Virus record (IMG/VR): IMGVR_UViG_3300028654_000012
Location: 1 to 64,000 of that record
Length of the DNA: 64,000 nt
Direction: 5' to 3' (one strand)
Source: a virus
Positions 48,688-57,516 of the stretch are shown piece after piece. The position numbers were made by a program, and so were the translations under genes. The notes beneath the pieces are model-generated. The model searched no databases, was not told the DNA's origin, and saw nothing but the letters and a program-made list of their open reading frames with translations. Each line of letters begins with the position of its first letter. The stretch's first letter is position 1.

Positions 48688-49125
48688 ATGTCTAATTTGT
48701 TCAAGGCGTGGCTTAATCCGACCTTTGAAGTAGTTTCATCCACATCGGCATTAACTAAAGTAGGCGTAGCAACAGCTTCGTTTATTTTCGCATCTGTTCT
48801 TAAGGCTCTCACTCCGTCAGTGATAGGCACTATTTTTCTGCTTGTCTTAATAGATACTATTACTGGCTTGATGGTCGCGGTCAAAAAGAAAAAGGTCTCT
48901 TCGAAGAAGTGGTATAAGTCTTTAATAAAGCTAAGTAATTATTCGGCTTTAATTATAGTAGGCGGTCTTGCAGGAGATATTTCTCTCTTAGCCTGGCTAT
49001 CTAGTACTTTCCTACTATTAATTGTTATTACTGAATTAATAAGTATATTAGAAAATATATCTATTGTTCAACCTGAGCTTATACCAGGCAATATAATTAA
49101 GGTGCTCCATCTACTGAAGGACTAA
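48688..49125 (+). CDS. Holin (Phage_holin_4_1-like)
   Basis: LLVLIDTITGLMVA.KKKKVSS...K...Y...IIV...ELISILENI pattern. Confidence 0.75.
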   Translation: MSNLFKAWLNPTFEVVSSTSALTKVGVATASFIFASVLKALTPSVIGTIFLLVLIDTITGLMVAVKKKKVSSKKWYKSLIKLSNYSALIIVGGLAGDISLLAWLSSTFLLLIVITELISILENISIVQPELIPGNIIKVLHLLKD

Positions 49126-49409
49126 TGGGTATCATACCTATTTACTTTAATCGTGACCTAGGAGTAGCCTGTCCCCACCTAATCGATGTGCGCCCTCCTA
49201 CTCAGCTGGTAGCCCAGCTCGAGATTAAAGTGATTCTGAAATATGCCCCTTATCTTACTAAGAGTAACTTAGGGTATATACCAGCGGAGGTTTATCCCGG
49301 CCTCCAACTACTAACACTGTTACATGGTACTTCTGAATATCTAAAGATTTGTGACCCCTGTGTGGACGTTATGGCTTACGCCAGGTCTCGAATCTATCAT
49401 ATGTTTTAA
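49125..49409 (+). CDS. Hypothetical protein
   Basis: 94-aa ORF coupled by TAATG to the holin; last gene before the non-coding gap. Confidence 0.5.
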   Translation: MGIIPIYFNRDLGVACPHLIDVRPPTQLVAQLEIKVILKYAPYLTKSNLGYIPAEVYPGLQLLTLLHGTSEYLKICDPCVDVMAYARSRIYHMF

Positions 49410-49424
49410 TTTGTACCACTATCG

Positions 49425-49447
49425 GGGGATGGTACATCCCCTCGTTT
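49425..49447 (+). terminator. Possible terminator ending the structural/lysis operon
   Basis: GGGGAT-GGTAC-ATCCCC stem-loop followed by TCGTTT. Confidence 0.4.
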
Positions 49448-49670
49448 ATAATGGAATAATTACTTTAGTAATTATGGAATTATAAACGATATCTATACTA
49501 CTATCTAGATCTAGATCTATATCATGATAGCTATCTAGATACAACAACAACAGCTATATACGTGAATATATTATATTTATATATAATCATATATCAGTAT
49601 ATGTATAATTATATAGATATGTATATAGATCATATAACAACAGCTATAGCTATATATCATTCGGACCGTG
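49445..49670. other. AT-rich palindromic non-coding region, candidate replication origin
   Basis: Palindromes ATCTAGATCTAGAT (49503-49516), TATCATGATA (49520-49529), TATCTAGATA (49532-49541) and TATAGCTATA (49645-49654). Direct repeat AACAACAGCTATA at 49546 and 49636 flanks a nearly pure A/T tract. Confidence 0.5.
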
Positions 49671-49931
49671 GTATCATAGACAACTCCGCAGTAAAGACAA
49701 TCCCTCCAAACGCGCAAGCAACACCTCCTTTAAATAGCGCTAATCCTTTCAAAACCCCTCCTTACTTGTTCAGCAACTTCATTTCTGCCCCTTTGTATAA
49801 GAAGTGCTTCTAAATCTAATGTAGCTCATTTAAAACGCTTATCACCTCTTGTCGTCAATTCCGGTAATGTTTAATCGGAGATTTTGTAGAATTAGGTGAG
49901 CAGTAAACTTGATTTAGTAAGGAGCATTAAC

Positions 49932-50189
49932 ATGACGCAGACAGGTACAGTTAAGTGGTTTGACCCTAAGAAGGGTTATGGATTTATCGTTGCAGATGGA
50001 GTAGGGGACGTATTCGTCCATTACTCTGACATCGAGCAGGTTAAGGGGTTTCGCAGCCTACGGGAAGGCCAGCTCGTAAGCTTTACCCTAATCAGTTCTG
50101 ACAAGGGGCACAAGGCCTCTAATGTCGTACGGGTAGATGCCGGGGTGCCTACCACAGCGACACAGAAAGAGACGGTTTCAGTAGCCTAA
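49932..50189 (+). CDS. Cold-shock domain protein
   Basis: GTVKWF, RNP-1 KGYGFI and RNP-2 VFVHY; AAGGAG RBS before the ATG at 49932. Confidence 0.95.
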   Translation: MTQTGTVKWFDPKKGYGFIVADGVGDVFVHYSDIEQVKGFRSLREGQLVSFTLISSDKGHKASNVVRVDAGVPTTATQKETVSVA

Positions 50190-50596
50190 TGAAAAAGTCT
50201 CCTCAAGACCTAGAGCTCTTAAAAAAGCTTTCAGAAAGAAAAGCGCCAACCGTCGCTTTTGATCTTGATGGGACTCTGGCCGAATTCTCTAACTGGAACG
50301 GATACGCTTCCATAGGAGACCCTGTACCGCGTATAGCCCAGCTCGCTCGGAAGTTTAAGAAAGAGGGGGCCTTCATAGTGATTCACACCTGTAGAATAAC
50401 CACTGCAGACAATAAAGTATATATAGACTCTGTAAACACGGTGAGCCAGTGGTTGAAGACAAATAGAATTCCCTATGATGAAATCTGGCTTGGAACAGGC
50501 AAGCCTCACGCTGATTATTACGTTGATGACAGAGCGGTTAACGCTACCTGTGATCACTGTATTAATAAGATGACTTCTGCGCTTCTCCACTCTTAA
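50189..50596 (+). CDS. HAD-superfamily hydrolase/phosphatase
   Basis: VAFDLDGTL motif I and KPHADYYVDDRA motifs III/IV. Confidence 0.8.
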   Translation: MKKSPQDLELLKKLSERKAPTVAFDLDGTLAEFSNWNGYASIGDPVPRIAQLARKFKKEGAFIVIHTCRITTADNKVYIDSVNTVSQWLKTNRIPYDEIWLGTGKPHADYYVDDRAVNATCDHCINKMTSALLHS

Positions 50597-50784
50597 TGGA
50601 CGAAGCTACTAAACCCTGGAGTCCCTTAGAATTTGTTGAGAGAATAGCTCCACCAGATGCCGATGAAGCTTGGTTTAGACAAGCTTTGATGTGGGCAGAC
50701 TTGTGGTCTTGTAGTCTCAAGAAATATACTGCGAAGCAACTCCAGAATGAAAATAAGCCTAACCAAGACGGACCGACTATCTAA
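50596..50784 (+). CDS. Hypothetical protein
   Basis: 62-aa ORF coupled by TAATG to the upstream gene. Confidence 0.45.
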   Translation: MDEATKPWSPLEFVERIAPPDADEAWFRQALMWADLWSCSLKKYTAKQLQNENKPNQDGPTI

Positions 50785-52288
50785 AGAAGCTTTAGAATGT
50801 CTCTGCGCCGAGAATATCCCCTATTCCGGAACTGCTACGGTTAGTAACGTATTAACCCAAATCACAGGAAATTTACCTACCTGCTTCTGGGCAGACCTAT
50901 CCCACAGAATGTCTTATGAAGTACCTGGAGCGAATTTTTCTGCTCATTTTCAGAACGGCTACTGGGACGGCCGAAAGAAACTCTTTAACAAGAGACTATT
51001 AGTTTTACCAACGGGCCTAATTACTATTCTTCGAGAAACTTGCAAAGACCATTTCGTGTCTTTAACGATTAAAGATATACGTATCAAGCCCGCCCTAGGA
51101 AATCCCATACCTCTACATGGATTAGCTTTAAGAGACTATCAACTAGCAGGAGTTACAGCCGCCCTATCTAAACAGAGAGGGATGATTCATTTCCCTACAG
51201 GCGCAGGCAAGACAGAGATGATTGCCGATCTCATTAGCAAAACAAATCTACCTACCCTTGTTTTAATTCACAAGCAGGATATTTTTCATCAACTAACAGA
51301 AAGGCTCCACAACCGCCTAGGAGTTCCTATTGGCAAAATAGGCTGTGGAGTTGTATACCCCCAAAACATAACTGTAGCAATGATCCAAACCGTTTTCAGA
51401 GCCTACGGCGGAGATCTAAAGAAAGTAAAGGACGTAGACAAGGATGACACCATCATTCCTAAGCCTGAGATTATCAGACAGTGTATCGAAAGAGCGGAGT
51501 GTGTTATCATCGATGAGGCTCACCACACGAGTGCTGATATCTTTTCAGAAGTACTACCTAGATGTACTAAAGCTTTTTATAGATGGGGATTTTCTGCAAC
51601 GCCTTTTAGAGAAGATGGAGCTGATCTATTACTAGATGCTCACACAGGCCCTGTATGCACCAAGATATCTGCCTCTGAACTTATTAAAAAAGGCTACCTC
51701 GCCAAGCCCGATTTTTATCTATTAAACTTTAATCACGGCAAACCTCCTGCAACACCTTACGCAGGCTTTTATACCCAACAGATTGTAAACAATCTATCAC
51801 GTAATAAACTAATTGTTCAAGCTACCTTAAAAGCAGTAGCCTCTGGAAAGACATGCTTAATAGCTGTTACCAGAGTAGAGCACGGAGAAGTGTTAGAGGC
51901 TATGCTGGATGAGGTCCTCCCAGGGAGAGTAAAATTTGCCAGTGGTAAAAGAGACTCTGATGAACGTAAGAAAATTTTATCAGATCTGGATGCTCGAAAG
52001 CTAGATGTAGTTATTTCTACTTCCGTATTTGGTGAAGGGGTAGACTGCCCCAGCCTTAACGTATTAATTAATACTAAAGCGGGCCAATCCGGGGTAGATT
52101 CTCTACAGTTAGCTGGAAGAGCTCTTCGAGTAACCCCTACAAAGAAAACAGCTACCATCATAGACATCTACGATGACCAGTGCAAATTTTTCGGCAAACA
52201 CTCCAAGAGACGTTTCGAAGTATATCAGTCTGAACCCGAGTTCCAACTCAAGAAAACAAATTCTGTCGATGATATTACGTTCAATTAA
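50747..52288 (+). CDS. Superfamily 2 helicase (UvsW-like)
   Basis: PTGAGKT, IIDEAHH, SAT and QLAGRALR motifs. Confidence 0.9.
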   Translation: MKISLTKTDRLSKEALECLCAENIPYSGTATVSNVLTQITGNLPTCFWADLSHRMSYEVPGANFSAHFQNGYWDGRKKLFNKRLLVLPTGLITILRETCKDHFVSLTIKDIRIKPALGNPIPLHGLALRDYQLAGVTAALSKQRGMIHFPTGAGKTEMIADLISKTNLPTLVLIHKQDIFHQLTERLHNRLGVPIGKIGCGVVYPQNITVAMIQTVFRAYGGDLKKVKDVDKDDTIIPKPEIIRQCIERAECVIIDEAHHTSADIFSEVLPRCTKAFYRWGFSATPFREDGADLLLDAHTGPVCTKISASELIKKGYLAKPDFYLLNFNHGKPPATPYAGFYTQQIVNNLSRNKLIVQATLKAVASGKTCLIAVTRVEHGEVLEAMLDEVLPGRVKFASGKRDSDERKKILSDLDARKLDVVISTSVFGEGVDCPSLNVLINTKAGQSGVDSLQLAGRALRVTPTKKTATIIDIYDDQCKFFGKHSKRRFEVYQSEPEFQLKKTNSVDDITFN

Positions 52289-52323
52289 CGAAACGATTTG
52301 TCGGATTTGTTGTAATATGTAAT

Positions 52324-52725
52324 ATGAGCATTAAAGCAAGTGAAGCAACAGTTGGAAACAAATATCTAGCCTCTGACGACATCCCCGTAGAGGTTCTTCA
52401 AATCGAAGCAAATGCGGTTACAGTTAGATCGGGTAAGACAGGGAATACTGTGACGTTGCCTTTAGAATATCAGCTGAGAGAAAGTGAAGGAGAAATAATC
52501 ATGACGACAGAGAACACGGCAGGTGCACCTGCCCAGGTAAACTCACCTAAGCGCGGAGCCAAGTCTGCACTTATCGATGAGGGTCTACGTGGTAGTCTTC
52601 CTACAGATGAAATTGTCCGTAAGGTCCTTGAGGCCTTCCCGGACCTATCTGAGAAGAATGTCCGTAACCTAGTTAGCGTTCGCCGGTCTAAGCTCAAAAA
52701 GCTTCCGACCTCCCCGACTGCCTAA
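52324..52725 (+). CDS. Hypothetical protein (possible DNA-binding C-terminus)
   Basis: 133-aa ORF with a basic helical C-terminus. Confidence 0.55.
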   Translation: MSIKASEATVGNKYLASDDIPVEVLQIEANAVTVRSGKTGNTVTLPLEYQLRESEGEIIMTTENTAGAPAQVNSPKRGAKSALIDEGLRGSLPTDEIVRKVLEAFPDLSEKNVRNLVSVRRSKLKKLPTSPTA

Positions 52726-52746
52726 GATCACCTAAGAAGTCGCGTC

Positions 52747-52777
52747 GCCCTCCGCGCGAGTAAGAAATACGGAGGGC
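52747..52777 (+). promoter_or_regulatory. GC-rich hairpin covering the RBS of the 52789 gene
   Basis: GCCCTCCG / CGGAGGGC 8-bp stem; the 3' arm contains GGAGG. Confidence 0.45.
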
Positions 52778-52788
52778 ACCTATTTTAT

Positions 52789-53196
52789 ATGTTAAAAATT
52801 AAGCGTGATAAGTCTTTAGATCAGACAACACCCACCGAATTCGTCAAGTACTTCGTAGGAAAATACCGCCAAGAACTCAAAGCAGATTACCCTGTGAACT
52901 ACGCACGAGACTGTGTTATTATGTCTCAGGTTTTAGATAAGTTTTATAAAGAGGGTAAGGCGCGTAAAGATGTATTTCCCTTCATTGACGAAATGTTTGC
53001 ATCCTATAACGATCGCCCGAGAACGCTACCAATTGATATTAGATTTCTATTAGCTGCAGCTCCTTCTTATTTTAAAAATGGTGGAGATCTTGCCTCTAAA
53101 AAGGTAAAGAATAGTAAGATCGAAATAACTCCCGAGCTTAAGGACTGGCTTGTGAAAGAAAAAGAGAAGTGGTTAAAAAAATCTAATGCTAAGTGA
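52789..53196 (+). CDS. Hypothetical protein upstream of the helicase loader (possible replication initiator partner)
   Basis: 135 aa; overlaps the start of the DnaC-like gene. Confidence 0.5.
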   Translation: MLKIKRDKSLDQTTPTEFVKYFVGKYRQELKADYPVNYARDCVIMSQVLDKFYKEGKARKDVFPFIDEMFASYNDRPRTLPIDIRFLLAAAPSYFKNGGDLASKKVKNSKIEITPELKDWLVKEKEKWLKKSNAK

Positions 53197-53878
53197 ACGC
53201 GATAAAAAGAAGCTGGCGCTTCTTAAAGAACAACTAATTTCAGTCTGTCCTAAGTGTAATGGGACAGCTATAGGTTGTTCATGCCTAGACGCTTTTCGGG
53301 TAGAGTTCAGAAAGGTTAAATCTAATTTACCTGCCAAGTACAGATCAGCAAAGGTAGAAGATATTACACACCCTCAAATTCTAAAAGCTAGACAAGCTTT
53401 ACAGGACTACGTAAATAAAGTAACGGAACATCGAGCATCAGGCATGGGATTAGTATTATATGGGTCTACAGGACTAGGAAAGACCTATCTGGCTAGTGCA
53501 GTTTTAAACGAAGCATTTAAGTTCGGGTACACAGGATATTTTACTACTTTAGACAGGTGTGTTAACGAGTACGCGAGTGGATGGAAAGATATAGATTTAA
53601 AAATGGAATTCACATCATCAGTTCTAGAAAAAGACTTTCTAGTACTAGATGAGGTAGGTAATGAATCTAGAACCAATGTAGCCCTAGTAAGAGGGTGTCT
53701 TAATGATATTCTAAGACATAGATCAAATAGTTTACTACCTACGATTATAACGTCTAATTTAGCTTTTGAAAAGTTCGCAACTGCATACGGCGAGGAAGTA
53801 TACTCACTACTGCACGAGTCAAGCATTCCTGTCCCTTTCGAAGGAATAGATTTTAGGAAGGGGATGACCCAAGTATGA
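53186..53878 (+). CDS. DnaC/IstB-like helicase loader ATPase
   Basis: CPKC...CSC zinc motif, GSTGLGKT Walker A, LVLDEVG Walker B, PTIITSN. Confidence 0.85.
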   Translation: MLSERDKKKLALLKEQLISVCPKCNGTAIGCSCLDAFRVEFRKVKSNLPAKYRSAKVEDITHPQILKARQALQDYVNKVTEHRASGMGLVLYGSTGLGKTYLASAVLNEAFKFGYTGYFTTLDRCVNEYASGWKDIDLKMEFTSSVLEKDFLVLDEVGNESRTNVALVRGCLNDILRHRSNSLLPTIITSNLAFEKFATAYGEEVYSLLHESSIPVPFEGIDFRKGMTQV

Positions 53879-54807
53879 GCGCGAAATCTAGGCCGGGAAA
53901 CGCAATAGCCGAAAGAACTAGAAGATTTGATTTTGGGGAGGAAGAACCTACCTCCAGAGAATACTGTCAGTATAGTATTCTGGAGAACGGCCAATATACG
54001 TTAGGGCTATCTACAGTGCCTAAGCTTCCCTCAGGTGCTTATAATATAGAGTGGACACCTCAAAATGGTATCGTCTTTAAAAAGAGAGTAATCAAGGGAG
54101 ACGAATTCCTTAACCTGGAAGAATCTCTGTCAGGTAATTTATTTAAGGAGATCACCCAATTCTGGCAGAAGGGGCCTATCTTTAAGAAGTATGGATTACT
54201 CCATCGCAGAGGCTACCTTCTTTATGGTCCTCAAGGATCGGGAAAATCTAGTATCATCTCTCAGACAGTACATGAGCTAGCCACTAGAGAAAATGGGGTC
54301 TCTTTTATCTGTGATCAGGTAGGTGTAATGGCCGACGCTCTTTCTTCTTTTAGAAAGGTAGAACCTGATAGACCTGCCATCTGCGTCTTCGAAGACATTG
54401 ATGACATCATTGAGCACCAAAATGAGGCGGTTCTATTATCAATGCTAGACGGAGAAACTCAGATAGATAAGGTGATTAACATCGCTACTACTAATTATCC
54501 CGAGAAGCTCGAAGATAGAATTATTGCTCGGCCGCGTAGATTTGATAGGGTGATTAAAGTAGATATGCCTAATTCCAACCTGAGACGTGCATACTTTAAA
54601 GAGAAGTTAAACTTAGGTGTTGAAGATCTAAATAAGTGGACGTCTGACACAGAAGGTTTGTCTTTCGCGTGCTTAACTGAATTAGTGATTAGCGTAAAAT
54701 GCCTTGACCATGATTACGATGAAACTTTAAAGACGCTGAGAGGCATCTTAAAGTCCAAAGTATCCAGCAAGGACGATGTAAGTAAACCAGGATTTGCACT
54801 CAGCTAA
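53875..54807 (+). CDS. AAA+ ATPase
   Basis: RRGYLLYGPQGSGKS, CVFEDID, ATTNYPEKL...RPRRFD. Confidence 0.9.
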   Translation: MSAKSRPGNAIAERTRRFDFGEEEPTSREYCQYSILENGQYTLGLSTVPKLPSGAYNIEWTPQNGIVFKKRVIKGDEFLNLEESLSGNLFKEITQFWQKGPIFKKYGLLHRRGYLLYGPQGSGKSSIISQTVHELATRENGVSFICDQVGVMADALSSFRKVEPDRPAICVFEDIDDIIEHQNEAVLLSMLDGETQIDKVINIATTNYPEKLEDRIIARPRRFDRVIKVDMPNSNLRRAYFKEKLNLGVEDLNKWTSDTEGLSFACLTELVISVKCLDHDYDETLKTLRGILKSKVSSKDDVSKPGFALS

Positions 54808-56159
54808 TGAATATTACTTTAGAAAAAACATTCCTTAAGAAATCCCTTTCGTCACTGACAGGGTTTCAGGAACTGCCTCAGCTTCAGTTTACGGATGAAC
54901 TTCTTCAGGACCAGACGTGTCGCAAGTTATATGAAGTAGCCAACTGGTATTATACTAAATACCAGAACCTAGTCTCTGCCGATACTCTTAAACTTCTACT
55001 AGATAAGTCTACAAAGATCGACGGACCTTCTAAGGAAAGAGTCTTCTTACTATATACTGAACTTCAAAATACATCTGATCCTGCGGATCAGAATATTAAG
55101 TTTGTAGTTGATCAGTTAAAGGATGAGAGGCGTAAAGATTTACTGAAAGAAACGCTACTAGTATCTGCTAATAACTTTGAATCAGGTAAAGTAGATCAAG
55201 CTTTGTTAGATTTAAAGAAGGGTATTAACAAGATTGAATTAAACATCAAGGAAGACATTAGAGAGGGATATCTCCATGAATCTTCTGACTCCCGCTGGGA
55301 TAGATATCAGGATATCAAGAATAACCCTGACAAGTTTAAAGGTATTCCTATTGGATTTCCTTCATTAGATATAACTACTAACGGAATCAGACCTGGACAG
55401 TTAATGGTTGTTATTGCAGGAGTAAAAGAAGGTAAGTCAACGTTTCTTTTAAACGCCGCATACCACGCCTCAATAATGGGCTACAAGGTTTTGTATGTTT
55501 CAGTTGAAATGCCTAAGGAGCAGATAGAGAGACGCTATGACGCTAGAGATAGCGGTCTTTCTTATAGCCGGATTAGAGATGGTAGATTAACTCCTGCCGA
55601 AGAGAAGATATATCAGGAGTGTATTACACGACAGAAGGGTAGACCTGGTAAATTCTATACCCTCGACGCCCATGACTGCTCTACGTCGTACCTAAAATCT
55701 AAGCTGTTAAGCTTCCCGTATAAGTTTGATCTAGTAGTCGTTGATTACTTAACTTTGATTAAGTCTTCTAAAGCAGGCCAATCAAGTAGAGAGATGTGGC
55801 AAACCGTAGGAGATATCACGTACGAGATACGCGACATTGCGCGAGAACTGAATGTTCCGATCATCACTGCGGCACAGGCAAATCGCGATGGAATGAAAGA
55901 ATCTAAGTACAAGTATGGCGTCGAAAATATCGGGCTATCTCACTTAATCTCCGCCCATGCAGATACTCTAATCTCACTACGCCTGGTAGATAGAGATGAG
56001 CTCGAGATTAACGATGTAGTAGAAATGACTGCCGCTACTATTGCTGTACGCGATGATAAAGCTTGCCGATTCACATTGGACGCTTGCTTCGATAAAATGC
56101 TGTTAGTTGAAAGACAGTTGCGCTTAACTGGAGATACTACTCCTAGTAGATCTTACTAA
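54807..56159 (+). CDS. dnaB: Replicative DNA helicase (DnaB family)
   Basis: GIPIGFPSLD...GIRPGQL, EGKST, SVEM, LVVVDYL and PIITAAQANR motifs. Confidence 0.9.
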   Translation: MNITLEKTFLKKSLSSLTGFQELPQLQFTDELLQDQTCRKLYEVANWYYTKYQNLVSADTLKLLLDKSTKIDGPSKERVFLLYTELQNTSDPADQNIKFVVDQLKDERRKDLLKETLLVSANNFESGKVDQALLDLKKGINKIELNIKEDIREGYLHESSDSRWDRYQDIKNNPDKFKGIPIGFPSLDITTNGIRPGQLMVVIAGVKEGKSTFLLNAAYHASIMGYKVLYVSVEMPKEQIERRYDARDSGLSYSRIRDGRLTPAEEKIYQECITRQKGRPGKFYTLDAHDCSTSYLKSKLLSFPYKFDLVVVDYLTLIKSSKAGQSSREMWQTVGDITYEIRDIARELNVPIITAAQANRDGMKESKYKYGVENIGLSHLISAHADTLISLRLVDRDELEINDVVEMTAATIAVRDDKACRFTLDACFDKMLLVERQLRLTGDTTPSRSY

Positions 56160-56221
56160 GTACCCGCAACAAACTTCTAAATTGCTCGTATAAGATATAA
56201 GAAGGATAATTTAGGAGTAAT

Positions 56222-56917
56222 ATGTCAAAAGCAACCGAAGCGCAAAAAGCCCACTTAAATCAAGTTAACGCAGATCTGATGCCCATCTTTTTCAAGTATC
56301 ATGATACTAAAATCAAATTACAAACAGTAACGGATCCAATTATTAAAGACGCTCTTGAGTATGATGCAATTCAATATCGTAATCAAGCGGTTGAAAAAGT
56401 ATTGGCGGAGCTGAGCGATTATCTCGATTCATTAATATATAGTTGGAATAACCATTTTGATTATAGTGAAGCTAAGTCATATGCGTACGAGAACCTATTA
56501 GAAGCGGTACAGAGATATAATCCTCACGTAACGCCTTTTTGCAAGTTCACTTCGTTCTTTTATATGTATAATCAAAACATTTTTAAGAATCTTTTAATTG
56601 GAACTCGGGCAAAGAAGAGGGACGTTTTTAAGACAGATTCACTTGACGCAACATGGGAAAGTTCTAGTGATGATATTGACACACCTAAGATATCTGAAAC
56701 TAATTTAAAAGATACTCCTTCCGAAGATCCTTCCGCTCAGTTAGAGACCAAATTAATAGTCCAAGAACTTTATAAGAAAGCTTCTCCTAAGCAAAAGAGA
56801 ATCTTAAAGAGATTATACTTTGGATATAGCCGTGCTGACATCGCTCGATCCTTAAAGATGTCTCAGACACGAATTAATTCTTTAATCAATCAACTACCTG
56901 CTCTTCTAGAGAAATAA
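56222..56917 (+). CDS. Phage RNA polymerase sigma-70-like factor
   Basis: Region-2-like LLEAVQRYNP...KFTSF and region-4 HTH SPKQKRIL...GYSRADIARSLKMSQTRI. Confidence 0.7.
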   Translation: MSKATEAQKAHLNQVNADLMPIFFKYHDTKIKLQTVTDPIIKDALEYDAIQYRNQAVEKVLAELSDYLDSLIYSWNNHFDYSEAKSYAYENLLEAVQRYNPHVTPFCKFTSFFYMYNQNIFKNLLIGTRAKKRDVFKTDSLDATWESSSDDIDTPKISETNLKDTPSEDPSAQLETKLIVQELYKKASPKQKRILKRLYFGYSRADIARSLKMSQTRINSLINQLPALLEK

Positions 56918-56977
56918 TGCATCTTCTATTTTTAATTACTCTTGAAGTAATAGGGCTCCTTGGCTTATTAGCTTTAG

Positions 56978-57484
56978 TTGTCATTCTCACAATGTAAATT
57001 TATGGACATATTCGACGTTCTAGATAAATATAAAGTAGACTACCAAGCGCAGGGCACGCTATACGTAGCCTATTGCCCTTTCCATGATGACGCAGGTAGA
57101 CCTAACTTCACTATATATCCTACTACGGATAGCTATTTTTGCTACGCATGTAAGAAAGGAGGGGGCCCTGTAGAATTTGTAATGGCGGCAGAGGGTAAAA
57201 CTAAAGAAGAAGCTACTCTCATAGTTCATGAAGACTTATCTTTCTTAATTAAGAAGTTAGAAGAAGAGCCTCCTACGCACCCTGTTAACGATGAGGCTAA
57301 TCTTCAATTAAGTATCCAAATTAGAGACTTCTTAAAAGATAACCCCAATAAGATATCTAAGGTACTAGGAATTTGTCGTAGGGTAGATGATACTTTAAAT
57401 AAAGGACCTCTTACCCGTGAAGAAGCCGCTGATTTAACTCAGAGGGTTACTAAAGTTTTAAGTTCGTTAAATGACAAGATGTAA
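56978..57484 (+). CDS. Stand-alone CHC2 zinc-finger protein (primase Zn-binding domain)
   Basis: CPFHDD...PNFTI...YFCYAC. No TOPRIM domain follows. The true start may be the ATG at 57002. Confidence 0.8.
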   Translation: MSFSQCKFMDIFDVLDKYKVDYQAQGTLYVAYCPFHDDAGRPNFTIYPTTDSYFCYACKKGGGPVEFVMAAEGKTKEEATLIVHEDLSFLIKKLEEEPPTHPVNDEANLQLSIQIRDFLKDNPNKISKVLGICRRVDDTLNKGPLTREEAADLTQRVTKVLSSLNDKM

Positions 57485-57516
57485 TATTATAAGGTAGCAT
57501 ATTTAAAGAGGATAAC

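Noticed and set aside
49562-49813. 83-aa ORF in the track
   Set aside because: GTG start without an RBS; a low-complexity I/Y translation of the AT-rich non-coding tract.
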